A DNA stretch of 63,098 nt, counting the filler, from an uncultured Methanosarcinales archaeon (GTDB lineage Archaea; Nanobdellota; Nanobdellia; Woesearchaeales; CAYNLP01): the NCBI GenBank assembly GCA_964398115.1. It is 3 parts of 3 records of this genome, joined end to end, with 100 filler letters (N's around TTAATTAATTAA, not from the genome) between each part and the next. Parts side by side here need not be neighbours in the genome. Positions count along the whole stretch, not along the records: positions 1 to 29,944 come from CAYNLP010000010.1; 2 more parts are not named here. One strand, written 5' to 3'. The notes under the pieces were generated by a model. That model was not told where the DNA came from, did not search any database, and worked only from the letters and a program-made list of their open reading frames with translations. Position numbers and translations under genes: made by a program. Positions 1 through 10,382 of the stretch are shown piece by piece (the first letter of the stretch is position 1; each line of letters opens with the position of its first letter).

Positions 1-1
1 G

Positions 2-1537
2 AGGTTACCTCACATATTCGATGTATGGTTTGACAGCGGATGCGCGCCATTTGCAAGCATGGGATATCCATATCAAAAGAAAGAAACTTTCGAGAAATAC
101 TTTCCACCTAATCGTATAAGCGAGAGTCAAGATCAAGTAAGAGGTTGGTTCTACAGCTTGATGTTTGTCAGTACTAGCTTATTCGAACAATCACCTTATC
201 AAAAAGTTAGCATGCCTGGTTGGTTGCTAGATGCGAAAGGTGACAAGATGAGCAAGTCGAAAGGTAACGTGGTGTGGGCAAAAGACGCTATTGAAGAACA
301 AGGAGCTGATCCGGTAAGATTCTATTATTGTTGGGACAGCGCCCCTTATAGTACTATGAAGTTTGATTTGAGTACTATAGAAACTGAGGTTTACAAGTTT
401 TTCAACATCTACTGGAACTTACACAATTACTTGCTTTCTCAAAATGTTGAAGCGGGAGAGCCCGAACTTTACGAGAAAGAAGACGAGTGGATTGTTTCAA
501 GGCTTAACACAGTGATAAGAAATTCAAGGAGAGCTTTGGAAGATTTTGAACTTCACGAAGCAGGTAGAGCAATATATAACTTTGTCGTGGATGATCTCAG
601 TAGGAGTTATGTTCAGATGGTTAGAGAACGTTTGGAGGAAGATAATACCCCTGTGGATGTCTTGAACTATTGCTTATTGGAAATTACTAAATTGACAGCT
701 CCTATCATTCCTCATGTGAGTGAGAAAATATATCAAGATTTGAAAGAGATAAATAAGGATTTGGAACAAAGTGTTCACCTGGATAGGTTGCCGAGACCTG
801 GTGAAAGTAATCCTGAACTGGAAGAGATGATGGAAATAGCACAAGACATAATAGCCTCAGCTTTGAGTTGTAGAGATAAGGCACAGATAGGTGTTAGGTG
901 GCCGCTGCAAGAAGTAATACTGGATACGGATGAAAAAGTTGTTGAAAAAACTTTAAGAAAGTTAAGTGACATAATTGAAAGACAGACAAATGTTAGAAGT
1001 GTCGTGGTGAAAAAGGTACAGCCTGATCTTGAAGTTAGCCCTGCTTATGATAAACTTGGACCAGAATTTGGTCAGGAAACAGCAGACGTTGCGAACTTGA
1101 TAAAGAATAGTAAGGAAGAGATAGAAGAAGGCTTGAAAGAGGGTGAGGAAGTATTTAAACTGGAGGATTTTGAAATAAGTAAAGAATATTTAGAAGTTGA
1201 AAAAGTTCCTCCCGAAGGTTTTGAAGTTGCTGATTTCAATCATGGAGCTATTTACTTAAACACGCAACTTACGGAAGAATTGGCAGATGAAGGTTATATG
1301 AGAGAAGTTACGAGACGTGTGCAGCAGTTAAGGAAAGAAACTGGTTTAGAAAAAGAGGATCGTATTGACTTGGTGATAGAAGCTCCTGGACTTGTTGACG
1401 TCTTGGAGAATTATAGGGAGGAAATAATGGATAAGGTTGGTGCTGAAACTCTTGAGATTAGTGAAAGTGTTAGCGAAAGCTATGACCACGAATTAAAGGA
1501 TGAGGTTAGAGATGAAGAATTTACCGTAATGTTTTAA
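2..1537 (+). CDS. ileS: Isoleucyl-tRNA synthetase, C-terminal part (5'-truncated by window edge)
   Basis: DVWFDSG in frame upstream of the ORF start; ESQDQVRGWFYSL; KMSKS motif; archaeal-type C-terminus (IGVRWPL, REVTRRVQQLRK). Confidence 0.95.
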   Translation, partial: RLPHIFDVWFDSGCAPFASMGYPYQKKETFEKYFPPNRISESQDQVRGWFYSLMFVSTSLFEQSPYQKVSMPGWLLDAKGDKMSKSKGNVVWAKDAIEEQGADPVRFYYCWDSAPYSTMKFDLSTIETEVYKFFNIYWNLHNYLLSQNVEAGEPELYEKEDEWIVSRLNTVIRNSRRALEDFELHEAGRAIYNFVVDDLSRSYVQMVRERLEEDNTPVDVLNYCLLEITKLTAPIIPHVSEKIYQDLKEINKDLEQSVHLDRLPRPGESNPELEEMMEIAQDIIASALSCRDKAQIGVRWPLQEVILDTDEKVVEKTLRKLSDIIERQTNVRSVVVKKVQPDLEVSPAYDKLGPEFGQETADVANLIKNSKEEIEEGLKEGEEVFKLEDFEISKEYLEVEKVPPEGFEVADFNHGAIYLNTQLTEELADEGYMREVTRRVQQLRKETGLEKEDRIDLVIEAPGLVDVLENYREEIMDKVGAETLEISESVSESYDHELKDEVRDEEFTVMF

Positions 1538-3009
1538 CTAGGTTTTTCTGTGTGTTGCTTTGTGATAAGGAAGTATAGGAAGAATAACGCTGGTACTATC
1601 ACGACTGCCCATCCAATACCGATAGCCCATCCTGGATATCCACCATATGGTTGTTGGATTTCTGTAATGAAATTCTTGACTAGTAGACCGGTTAAAGCGA
1701 TGGGTATCACAAATTTTATAGTGTAATTCCACCATCTTCCCAGATGCCAATCGCTTGTTTCATTTATCATATTTCGCATCTTGTCGGCTCCGTAAACCCA
1801 ACCAACTAATATAGTTTCTATGAGTCCTATAATAACAAGGTTGTAAGTTGTGAGGAAATGATCAATTACGTCGAGGAAGTGTATCCCTCCTCTTGTGGTG
1901 AATATTATACCTGCTAGGATTGCTAATATGCTTATTATAAAGGCCATGTGGGAAGTGCTCCAACGGTCAGTTTTGTCTCTGACTCCTGTATTTACAGCTT
2001 CTACTAGTGAAAATGCACTATCGATTCCGAGTGTAAGTAATGTTAGGAAGAATAGGATTCCAAAAAGTCCAGCAAGTGGCATTAACTCTAGCGCTTTGGG
2101 GAATACTACAAAGGCTAAGCCAACTCCAGATTCCCCTGCTAGTTCTTTCACAGGCGTGCCGGTTTGTGTAGACATATATCCTAAAATGCCGAAAACTACG
2201 AAACCTGCTAACAAGCTAATGGCAGAGTTTGCAAGGGCAGTTATCCAACTGTCTTGAACCACGTCTTCATCTTCTTCTCTGTAGCTAGCGTAAGCGACCA
2301 TTATGCCGAACGCTAAGCTTAGTGTAAAGAATATTTGTGCTATTGCTTGTATCCAAACTTCCGGATCGAGTAAGGCGCTCCAGACAGGAGTTAAGTAAAC
2401 CGCCCATCCCTCCATGAATCCTGGAAGTGTCATAGCTCTAACTAAAAATATTAGAAGGAAGATTATTGGAAGAGGCACAGACCATTTGACGACTTTACCA
2501 ACACTTTTAGGACCTTTAAACACGCAGAAATATATTAAAGCCCAAACAGCGATAAGAGCTGCAAATATGGTCCAGTTTATCCCCCCAATAACTCCTATTC
2601 CTTCAGTTACTTCTAAAACATTATTAAAGAAGTGTCCTTGAGCATTGCCAGCCCATTCAACTCCAGGAGAAGATATAGTATATATAAGAGACCACGCCAT
2701 GACAGCGCCGTAATAAGAAACGATGATAAAGCTTGTAATAAGGGCAAAAAGTCCTAGTCCGCCGAACTTGGTATGAAGTTTTTCAAAACTTCCAATAGCT
2801 CCCTGCTGCATTTTCTGCCCTACCGAGAATTCTAGCATTAACAATGGGACTCCTATAACAAAAAGAGCTATTAAGTAAGGGAATAAGAATGCTCCTCCAC
2901 CGTATTTACCAGCGAGGTATGGAAATCTCCAAATGTTCCCTAGCCCTGCAGCGCTTCCAACCGCTGCTAGTATGAACGCTAGTCTTGAATCCCAACGTTG
3001 CCTTCCCAA
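1534..3009 (-). CDS. Na+-dependent transporter, SNF/NSS family
   Basis: GSAAGLGNIWRFPY, GGGAFL and QIFFTLSL motifs; many TM helices. Confidence 0.95.
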   Translation of the reverse strand: MGRQRWDSRLAFILAAVGSAAGLGNIWRFPYLAGKYGGGAFLFPYLIALFVIGVPLLMLEFSVGQKMQQGAIGSFEKLHTKFGGLGLFALITSFIIVSYYGAVMAWSLIYTISSPGVEWAGNAQGHFFNNVLEVTEGIGVIGGINWTIFAALIAVWALIYFCVFKGPKSVGKVVKWSVPLPIIFLLIFLVRAMTLPGFMEGWAVYLTPVWSALLDPEVWIQAIAQIFFTLSLAFGIMVAYASYREEDEDVVQDSWITALANSAISLLAGFVVFGILGYMSTQTGTPVKELAGESGVGLAFVVFPKALELMPLAGLFGILFFLTLLTLGIDSAFSLVEAVNTGVRDKTDRWSTSHMAFIISILAILAGIIFTTRGGIHFLDVIDHFLTTYNLVIIGLIETILVGWVYGADKMRNMINETSDWHLGRWWNYTIKFVIPIALTGLLVKNFITEIQQPYGGYPGWAIGIGWAVVIVPALFFLYFLITKQHTEKPS

Positions 3010-3097
3010 CTTCTGTCACCCCAACGATAAATGTTATGTCAGTAGATGATATTTAAATTTTTTGAAATATCAATTGATCATCTTTTAAGAAATAGGT

Positions 3098-3529
3098 TTA
3101 CTCTCCAATTATTTTAACAATGACTTGTTTTGGACGTTCTCCATCCCACTCGCCGTAAATTATTTGTTGCCAAGGTCCCAAGTCTAAGTTTCGGTCAGTA
3201 ATTGGTATAGTAGTTTGATTTCCGAACAATAAACTTCTGAAGTGAGCGGCGGCGTTGTTTTCACTCTCTCTATTGTGCAAGTAGTCTTCTTCTGTCCCTG
3301 GATGTTCTTCCCAAGGAGCTATTTCCTCCATGAAGTCATGAATGTCTTGCCAAAATCCAGGGTCTTCATCGTTTACAAAGATTGAACTAGTGTTGTGTTT
3401 AGAGCTTATAAGGCAGAAACCGTCTTTTATCCCACTCTTTTCAAGTTCTTCCTGAATCTTTTCAGTTATGTTGAGAATGCTCTGTTCATCTTTTGTGTTA
3501 AAAGTTAATTCTCGAGTGTAGCTACGCAT
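3098..3529 (-). CDS. YjbQ/UPF0047 family protein
   Basis: HNTSS, NAAAH and LGPWQQI..EWDG motifs. Confidence 0.9.
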   Translation of the reverse strand: MRSYTRELTFNTKDEQSILNITEKIQEELEKSGIKDGFCLISSKHNTSSIFVNDEDPGFWQDIHDFMEEIAPWEEHPGTEEDYLHNRESENNAAAHFRSLLFGNQTTIPITDRNLDLGPWQQIIYGEWDGERPKQVIVKIIGE

Positions 3530-3532
3530 GTA

Positions 3533-3937
3533 TTATTCCTGATCGCCAACTTTTGGTAATGGGATTGGACTTGGAATGTTCAAATCTTTGCTCATAGTTA
3601 TTGCTTGAACATTGCACTTTCCAAGGACGTAATTGATTATTTCTTTCATCTTTTCTTTTGAGAAACTGTTGTTTTCTTCCCATTCTTCTTTCATTTCTTC
3701 AATGACATCGTCTTCATCTGCGTATAACAGGTTGCCTTTTATTTGAATCTTAGCAACTTCTGGTTCGTAGCTGGAATTGTAAGTGAATTCAATTTTAAGC
3801 CCGCTTTGATCAGTGACTGAGATGTCTTGTTCTTCACAGTCTGAAATAGAAACGTTGTTGTTTATGTTAACCTTGCCTGAAGCAGGTTTCATTTTTTCCG
3901 CGTTAAGTTTAGTATAGTTAAAACCTAGTATAGCCAT
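3533..3937 (-). CDS. Conserved archaeal hypothetical protein, possibly SecB-like fold
   Basis: 134 aa; alternating beta-strand pattern followed by two helices and a PxPxPLP tail. Confidence 0.5.
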   Translation of the reverse strand: MAILGFNYTKLNAEKMKPASGKVNINNNVSISDCEEQDISVTDQSGLKIEFTYNSSYEPEVAKIQIKGNLLYADEDDVIEEMKEEWEENNSFSKEKMKEIINYVLGKCNVQAITMSKDLNIPSPIPLPKVGDQE

Positions 3938-4035
3938 TGTTAATCCCTCTACTATCTCGGGACACCATTCGGATTTATAAATGTTTTGCTGGAGGGCATA
4001 ATTTTTTATACGTAAAAAACCTGAATGTTTTGCAC

Positions 4036-5076
4036 ATGATAGAACTTAATGGTTCTTATGGAGAAGGTGGAGGAGCTGTTCTTAGGCAAGCGATTGCTTT
4101 CAGTTTGCACACTCAAAAGTCTTTCCATATGGAGAACGTCAGAATTGACAGAGAAAATCCTGGTGTGAAAATGCAGCACTTGAAAGCTTTGAATGCTGCT
4201 CAACAAATAAGCAACGCTAAAGTAGAAGGTAATCGTGAAGGAAGTACTGAAGTCACTTTTGAGCCGGAGACTTTGAAAGGTAGCAGTTTAAAAATCGATA
4301 TTGAAACTGCGGGTAGTATTACCTTATTGTTGCAAGCTTTGATGATGCCAGCTGTTCTTAGTTTACAAAAGTTCAAGTTTGAAATTGAAGGTGGTACTGA
4401 TGTGAAATGGTCTCCTCCGATTGATTATTATCAGAACGTTTTCTTACCGCATTTAAAGAAATTTGGAGACGTATCTTTGGACTTACAAAAAAGAGGGTAT
4501 TATCCTAAAGGTGATGGTAAGGTTAAAGTTGTTGTTGAAGGTAATGGAGATCCTGAAATGCCTATAAGATTGGCTGAACAGAAGGAATTGTTTCAGATAA
4601 AAGGTGTTAGTCATGCGAGTCGAGACTTGGCTGGAAGAGAAGTGAGTGAAAGACAGGCTAAAAGTGCTGAGCTTATACTTTCAGATATTGACGTCCCTGT
4701 TGATATAAGGAGGGAGTATAGTCGAACGTCAAGTACGGGTTCTGGAGTGGTTTTATGGAGTGTTTACGGTGATGACGATGGTGTAGATTTTGACAACCCA
4801 GTTATTCTTGGAGGGGATAGTTTGGGTGAGCCGAAGAAGAAAGCGAGTGAAGTTGGTGAACAAGCTGCGAAAGAATTGATGTCTGAAATGAAGAGTGGTG
4901 CTGGTGTTGACAAATACACAGCTGATCAAATAATTCCATACCTTGCTTTCAGCGGTGGTAGTGTAAAAACTAGTGAAATAACTGACCATACTAGGTCTAA
5001 CATTTACGTTGCTGAGAAATTCACCAATGCTAGCTTTGAAATTGATGGACAGGTTGTTAAGTGTTCACTCGGTTAA
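4036..5076 (+). CDS. rtcA: RNA 3'-terminal phosphate cyclase
   Basis: GSYGEGGG, GGTDV, RGYYPKG, DQIIPY and TDHTRSN motifs; start placed at ATG 4036. Confidence 0.95.
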   Translation: MIELNGSYGEGGGAVLRQAIAFSLHTQKSFHMENVRIDRENPGVKMQHLKALNAAQQISNAKVEGNREGSTEVTFEPETLKGSSLKIDIETAGSITLLLQALMMPAVLSLQKFKFEIEGGTDVKWSPPIDYYQNVFLPHLKKFGDVSLDLQKRGYYPKGDGKVKVVVEGNGDPEMPIRLAEQKELFQIKGVSHASRDLAGREVSERQAKSAELILSDIDVPVDIRREYSRTSSTGSGVVLWSVYGDDDGVDFDNPVILGGDSLGEPKKKASEVGEQAAKELMSEMKSGAGVDKYTADQIIPYLAFSGGSVKTSEITDHTRSNIYVAEKFTNASFEIDGQVVKCSLG

Positions 5077-7626
5077 CATGGCTAAGTTTATGTCGTCGTA
5101 TATTTCTCGGATGGCGTAGTAAACACTTGATTTTTCTTTTCCTTCAAAGTCTGCATCGCTGTACGCATCTTTCAAATCATAGTATTTCTCTTTTGCTTCA
5201 TCTAACTTTCCTTTTTCTATCAGCATACGACATTCTTTTATGAGTCTATAAACGTGTGGATTAGTTCTTTGATCTTCTGGTGGTAAGTGTGCTTCTAATT
5301 CTGCCATAGGGTCGCTACTTGCTTTCTTTATATCTCTGTCAAATTTTGTCTCTACTTTCTTTTCTTTCTTCTTTGGTTTTTTAGAAGTTTTAGACTTAGA
5401 TTTAGTTTTTGTTTTTGACTTCGCGCTTTTTTTCATTTCTTGTTGTGCTTGTTCTAACCTGCTTATTTCTTCTTCTAGTTGTTTCTTTTCATCTCTGTAT
5501 GCAGCGGCTGCTTCTTCCTCTGCTTTTCTCTTTTCTTCTAACTTGTCGATGTTTTCTTTGAGCTCTTGAATTCTTTCTTCAGCTCTCCTTTCTTCTTCTT
5601 TTAATTCTTCTTTTCGTTGTTCTAATTCTTTTTCTAATTCTTGAATTTCTTTTTCTCTTTCATCTAGTCTTTGACTAGAGTTTTCTAGTCTTTCTTTTCT
5701 TTCTTGAAGTTTTTGTTCTTTTCTGTTAATCTCGGCTTCTCTGTTTTCTAGCCTGTTATCCCATTCTTCTAATTCGTGTTTTTTACCGTCAAGTTTTTCT
5801 CTTTCTTCTTCAATATCTGAATAGATTTCGTCTTTTCTTTCTTCAAACGCTTGTTTTTCTTCTTCTAGTTCTTGTCGTTCTTGTTCTATCTCGTTTAGTT
5901 TTTGTTCTTTTTCTTGTTCGAACTTTTCTCTTTCTCTTTGTATTTCTTCTCTCTTCTGTTCGAGATCTTCTTCAACTTCTTCTCTTTTATTTTGTATTTG
6001 TTCTTGGAATTCCTGTCTTTGCTGTTCTAGTTCTTCTTCATGTTTTCTCTTTTCTTCTTCTAACTCTTCCTGATGTTTCCTTCTTTCTTCTTCAAGTTCT
6101 TGTTGGTGTTCTTTTCTTTCTCTTTCTATCTGTTGTTGTAATTCTTCTTTCTTACTTTGTACGTGGTCTTCAACTTCTTCATGTCTGTTATTAATATCTT
6201 CCTCTCTCTTGTTAAGGTGGTCTTCCCACTCTTGAAGTTCTTGTTCTCTCTGTTCAATTTGTTGTTGTCTTTCTTCCAACTCTTGCTGTTTCTGTTCTAG
6301 TTCTTCTTGCTTTTTTTCTACCTCTTCCAGCCTGGTTTCATATTCGTGTTTTTCATCTTGTAACTCTCTTTTCCTTCTTTCAAGTTCTTCTCTTTTTTCT
6401 TGCAGGTTGTCAGCAGCTTTTCCTAGTTTTATCTTTTCAATCTCGTTTTGTATTTGTTCATGATGATCCTCTAGTATTTGTTTGAGTTCGTGTCTAGCTT
6501 TTTTATTCCGGATTTTCTCCGCGATTTTTTCATGTTCTAGCGCGTCTTCAACCCAGTTTGCAAAGTCGTTACGGTCTTCTGTCACGTGATGTTGGAATGT
6601 TTCCTCATCCATTTCTTCTAGTGCATTCATTAAGTCGTGGAGATCTTTCAACCTTTCTCCGTTTTTCAATACAAATTGGTGTTCTGGATGAGCTTCTTTT
6701 GAGAAAATATCTTTTTCGCTTATATCTTCAGGATGTTCTATTATTTCTCTTACTAGCTTTTCGAAATCGTCTTCTGCTTCTTTTATTTCTTCAGGGCTTG
6801 GTTCTTCTTCTACTCCTTTTTCTCCTTCTAAACCTAGCATGTCTTCTTTTTCTCCTTCTGCTTCTGGCTCTTCAGGAGGGGTTATTTGACCTTCGTCTCC
6901 AAAGTCTTCTTTACTTGCTTTTTCTAGTTGGCTTTCTAAGTTTTCTTCTGTACCTTCTGGCTTTTCTGGTTGTTTGAAATCGTCTTCCATGTCTTTTTCG
7001 AATTCTTCAGGGTCTTTGGTGAAGTCTATTTCTTCAGAACTTTCTTCTTGTGTTTCTTCAGTACTGGGTTGTTCTATTTCTTCTGGTTCTTGATTTTCAG
7101 TAGTTGGTTCTTCTATTTTTTCGGGTGGTTCTTGTATGTCAGTTTCTTTTTCTGAGCTTTCTTCTGACATTGGTGGTTTTTCAGGTTTTTCTGGAGGTTG
7201 CTGTATGTCAGTTTCTTCTTCAGAAGTTTCTTCTGGAAGTGGTGGTTTTTCTAAATCTTCTTCTGGTTCTTCTATATCTTCTGGCGTTGGTGGTTCTTCT
7301 TCAAACTCTTCAGTACTTGTCTTTTCAGGGCTTGGAGGGGTTTCATCTATATCTTCTTCAATTTCTGGAAGATCTTTTTCTTCTTTTGGAGGTGTGGGGG
7401 GTTTTGTCCCTTCCATTCCTAGTCTTTTCTTAACGCTGTCCATTTCTTTTTCTATTTCGTTTGTCATATTTTCTACGTCTTCTTGAGCGCTTTCTTTGAA
7501 TTTGGGTGGAGATTGTAGTTCTTGTGTATTTCCTTCTCTAGTTGTTTCACCTTCAGAGTCGTCTTTGTTGAATATTTTTGAGAATAAGCCGCCTTTTTTG
7601 TCACTGAGTAATTTGTCGAAATTCAT
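5065..7626 (-). CDS. Large acidic protein: Pro/Glu-rich region, DUF5752-like domain, ~350-aa coiled coil, helical C-terminal module
   Basis: FVLKNG..L..L..L..AL..M....F..HV....NDFANWV pattern; long E/K/R/Q coiled-coil repeats. Confidence 0.75.
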   Translation of the reverse strand: MNFDKLLSDKKGGLFSKIFNKDDSEGETTREGNTQELQSPPKFKESAQEDVENMTNEIEKEMDSVKKRLGMEGTKPPTPPKEEKDLPEIEEDIDETPPSPEKTSTEEFEEEPPTPEDIEEPEEDLEKPPLPEETSEEETDIQQPPEKPEKPPMSEESSEKETDIQEPPEKIEEPTTENQEPEEIEQPSTEETQEESSEEIDFTKDPEEFEKDMEDDFKQPEKPEGTEENLESQLEKASKEDFGDEGQITPPEEPEAEGEKEDMLGLEGEKGVEEEPSPEEIKEAEDDFEKLVREIIEHPEDISEKDIFSKEAHPEHQFVLKNGERLKDLHDLMNALEEMDEETFQHHVTEDRNDFANWVEDALEHEKIAEKIRNKKARHELKQILEDHHEQIQNEIEKIKLGKAADNLQEKREELERRKRELQDEKHEYETRLEEVEKKQEELEQKQQELEERQQQIEQREQELQEWEDHLNKREEDINNRHEEVEDHVQSKKEELQQQIERERKEHQQELEEERRKHQEELEEEKRKHEEELEQQRQEFQEQIQNKREEVEEDLEQKREEIQREREKFEQEKEQKLNEIEQERQELEEEKQAFEERKDEIYSDIEEEREKLDGKKHELEEWDNRLENREAEINRKEQKLQERKERLENSSQRLDEREKEIQELEKELEQRKEELKEEERRAEERIQELKENIDKLEEKRKAEEEAAAAYRDEKKQLEEEISRLEQAQQEMKKSAKSKTKTKSKSKTSKKPKKKEKKVETKFDRDIKKASSDPMAELEAHLPPEDQRTNPHVYRLIKECRMLIEKGKLDEAKEKYYDLKDAYSDADFEGKEKSSVYYAIREIYDDINLAMLTE

Positions 7627-7749
7627 GTTTCAACCCCCTCTTTTTTCCCTTTGCTATCTTTACTTGGTTCAACCTTTATATAAATATCTTTTGTTACTTG
7701 GCAATAATGCTGTATATTTTTAAAAGACCTTTGGTAGAGTAATTGGTGT

Positions 7750-8109
7750 ATGGCAGATTTTGACCGTTCGGATATGAACTCTTACTTGAGGGGTATAGCT
7801 GAAAGGATTGCAAGTTTAGAGGTTAAATCTGAAGAGTTACAGGAGAAGATTAATGGTCAGATCAGGGATATTGAAAGTTCGGGTGAGGAGTTTAGAGAGG
7901 AGCTTGAAGATTTGAGGCGGGAAATGAATCGTGTTCGTGAGGATGCTCGTGAACTTTCTGATAATCTCAAGGCTGTTATTCAAGAATTTAAAATGGTTAC
8001 GAGAGAGGGCGCGTTTGATCGTTTGAAAAGGAAGGTTGATGATTGGAATCTTGAGAAACTTGCTACTCATAAGGATTTTAGGCGTATGGTTGAGGATATT
8101 AAGAATTGA
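7750..8109 (+). CDS. Small coiled-coil hypothetical protein
   Basis: 119-aa ORF with heptad pattern; TATA-like sequence upstream. Confidence 0.7.
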   Translation: MADFDRSDMNSYLRGIAERIASLEVKSEELQEKINGQIRDIESSGEEFREELEDLRREMNRVREDARELSDNLKAVIQEFKMVTREGAFDRLKRKVDDWNLEKLATHKDFRRMVEDIKN

Positions 8110-8956
8110 CTTCTTCTAGTGCGGCTTTTGCTACTTCTATCATCTGGTCTTCTGGTTCTCTGGTGGTGATCCATTGTAGCATTATGCCTGGGTAGGTTAT
8201 TATTTTGAATAAGATGTTGTCGGGTTTTTTATGGGCGAGTTTGATAACTTCGTAGCTTACTCCGGCTATGGCGGGTAGGAGGAGTATCCTGTAGAGGTAT
8301 TTGATCCAGAATCCTGATGTGATGGGTATTATCATGTAGAATAGTATGCTTAGGAGGAGTACTAGGAGTATGAAGCTTGTCCCGCATGCGGGGTGTTCTT
8401 TTGGTTGTTTCTGAACGTTTTCAGTGGTTAGTTCTAGTCCGTGGTCGAAGGCGTTTATGGTTTTGTGTTCTGCACCGTGGTATTGGAATATTTTTTTGAT
8501 ATCTTCCATTTGTGAGATTAGCCAGATGTAGGCTACGAGGATTAGTACTTTGGCTATGCCGTCGATGGTGTTGAATAATAAGTTGTTTGACTCTGCTTGT
8601 GGTATTAGTGATGCTATGCTTAGGGGTATTAGTTTGAATAGTATCATAGCGAAGAGTAGTGAGAATATGATGGTGGCGATGATTTCTGTTCTGGTTAGTT
8701 CTTCCTCTTCTTCTGCTACTTTGTTGGTTGACCAGCTTATTGCTTTTAGTCCGAGGTATACTGTCTCTATCATTATGAATACGCCTCGGATGAATGGCCA
8801 GCTGAAGAAGTGTTTGTTAGTTAATGAGGTGAATCCGAAATCGGTGGTTTCTATGTTTCCTTCGTTTGTTCTGACGGCAGCTGCAGCTTTATCTTTTGAT
8901 TTCATTAGAACGCCTTCTGTTACTGCCATACCCCCCATTTGTAGTCTTTCTGCCAT
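8099..8956 (-). CDS. DUF1385 family membrane protein (putative metal-dependent enzyme)
   Basis: GGMAVTEGV, YHGAEHK, HPACGTSF and TTREP motifs. Confidence 0.9.
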   Translation of the reverse strand: MAERLQMGGMAVTEGVLMKSKDKAAAAVRTNEGNIETTDFGFTSLTNKHFFSWPFIRGVFIMIETVYLGLKAISWSTNKVAEEEEELTRTEIIATIIFSLLFAMILFKLIPLSIASLIPQAESNNLLFNTIDGIAKVLILVAYIWLISQMEDIKKIFQYHGAEHKTINAFDHGLELTTENVQKQPKEHPACGTSFILLVLLLSILFYMIIPITSGFWIKYLYRILLLPAIAGVSYEVIKLAHKKPDNILFKIITYPGIMLQWITTREPEDQMIEVAKAALEEVNS

Positions 8957-9027
8957 GTTTAACCTCACATAAAGCTAGTTTTTATGTCTTTCCAAATCTA
9001 TTTAAAGTTGTACAAGGTCGTTCTATT

Positions 9028-9303
9028 ATGGAGATTTCAGATGAAAAGTTGAGGGAGTATTTTGAAGTGACTGAGGAAGCTTTAGATGTGGCGAGGGATA
9101 ACGTTAATGAGGAGAGAGGAAGTGAGGCTAAGAGGATTATAGACATGGTTGGTCGTTATTTAAGTGATGCTCGTCATTTTGAAGAAAGTGGTGATCGAGT
9201 TAACGCGTTTGCGGCTTTGAATTATGCGCATGGCTGGTTGGATACGGGTGCTGTTCTTGACATTTTTGACGTAAATGATAATAGGTTGTTTACCACTGAT
9301 TAA
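9028..9303 (+). CDS. DUF357 family protein
   Basis: YLSDARHF...GD.VNAFAALNYAHGWLD.G motif. Confidence 0.9.
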   Translation: MEISDEKLREYFEVTEEALDVARDNVNEERGSEAKRIIDMVGRYLSDARHFEESGDRVNAFAALNYAHGWLDTGAVLDIFDVNDNRLFTTD

Positions 9304-10286
9304 CTTTCATATTTTGGGTAAGTGTCGGGTTTCATGTATACTTGATTGGGTTTGACGGCTACGCCTCTTTCTTGATTTTTCATTTCTTTACTGTTTAGTT
9401 GGGCGGTTCCTATCATTATGAGTTCTCCTTTGAGTGTCATGACTGCTACTGTGTCGTCTTCTTTTATTCCTGAGGTTAGTTTGCTTATACCGGGTACTTT
9501 CAAACTCGCTCCATGGCATAAGGTATCTACAGAGGTGTCAAATACGAACACTTGTGGTAGGTGGTCTACTGCTCTCTCCACAGGTTGTATTAGTCTCTTC
9601 AAGGGTATTTCGTTATTTTCTTCTTTCCACACGTGAAATGCATCTTTCAAGTCTTGTAAAGTTCCTAACGTTTCTTCGTTGAAAGGCCCGACTTTTGTTC
9701 TTCTTAATTCGGCCATGTGAGCTCCTGGACCTATTTCTTCTCCTATGTCGTGGCATAATTTTCTTATATAAGTCCCGGCTTGTGTTCCGACTTTGAACAA
9801 CACGTCTCTATCTTTAATTTCTAAAACGTCTATGTAGTAAATGTCTCTTTCCCTTTCTCTTCTTTTCACCGCACTCCGTACTGGAACCATCTGGCTTATT
9901 CTTCCTTTGAATTCTTCTAACACGTTTAGAATTTTTGACTCTTCTATTTCGTCGTGGATGTGCATTAACGTGACGTATTCTTTTCCTGCTTGGAGGAGGG
10001 GGTGTGCCAGTCTTGCTCCTTTGCCGAGCCCTACTGGTAGTACTCCGGTGACTTTGGGATCTAGAGTTCCTGAATGACCAGCTTTGTCTATACCTAGTAT
10101 TTTCTTGACGTAACTTGTGACTTCATGGCTGGTTGGGCCGCTGGGCTTATCTAGGTTGAACATGCCGTACTCTATCATGTCGTGCATGGGTCTTTCGTAA
10201 GGGTCACACCCGAATTTTTCGCTGGTTTCAGCTTTTTCTCTTATTAAAAGCTTTGATTCTTTTCTTTCAAACGGTAATTGTCCCAT
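9300..10286 (-). CDS. cbf5: H/ACA RNA-guided / tRNA pseudouridine synthase Cbf5
   Basis: LDKPSGPTSH, GHSGTLDP and GTYIRKLC motifs; C-terminal PUA domain. Confidence 0.96.
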   Translation of the reverse strand: MGQLPFERKESKLLIREKAETSEKFGCDPYERPMHDMIEYGMFNLDKPSGPTSHEVTSYVKKILGIDKAGHSGTLDPKVTGVLPVGLGKGARLAHPLLQAGKEYVTLMHIHDEIEESKILNVLEEFKGRISQMVPVRSAVKRRERERDIYYIDVLEIKDRDVLFKVGTQAGTYIRKLCHDIGEEIGPGAHMAELRRTKVGPFNEETLGTLQDLKDAFHVWKEENNEIPLKRLIQPVERAVDHLPQVFVFDTSVDTLCHGASLKVPGISKLTSGIKEDDTVAVMTLKGELIMIGTAQLNSKEMKNQERGVAVKPNQVYMKPDTYPKYES

Positions 10287-10382
10287 AATGACGAGAAAAA
10301 GCTAATTGGTTTAAAAACTTTGTCAGTAGCAACCTTTATATAGCACATTTTAGTAAACGCATACACGAGGTGGGAGTTTCAC

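Noticed and set aside
5400..7400. Extensive TTC/TCT low-complexity repeats resembling an array
   Set aside because: Reverse complement of Glu/Lys codons in a coiled-coil protein; no repeat-spacer structure, so not CRISPR.
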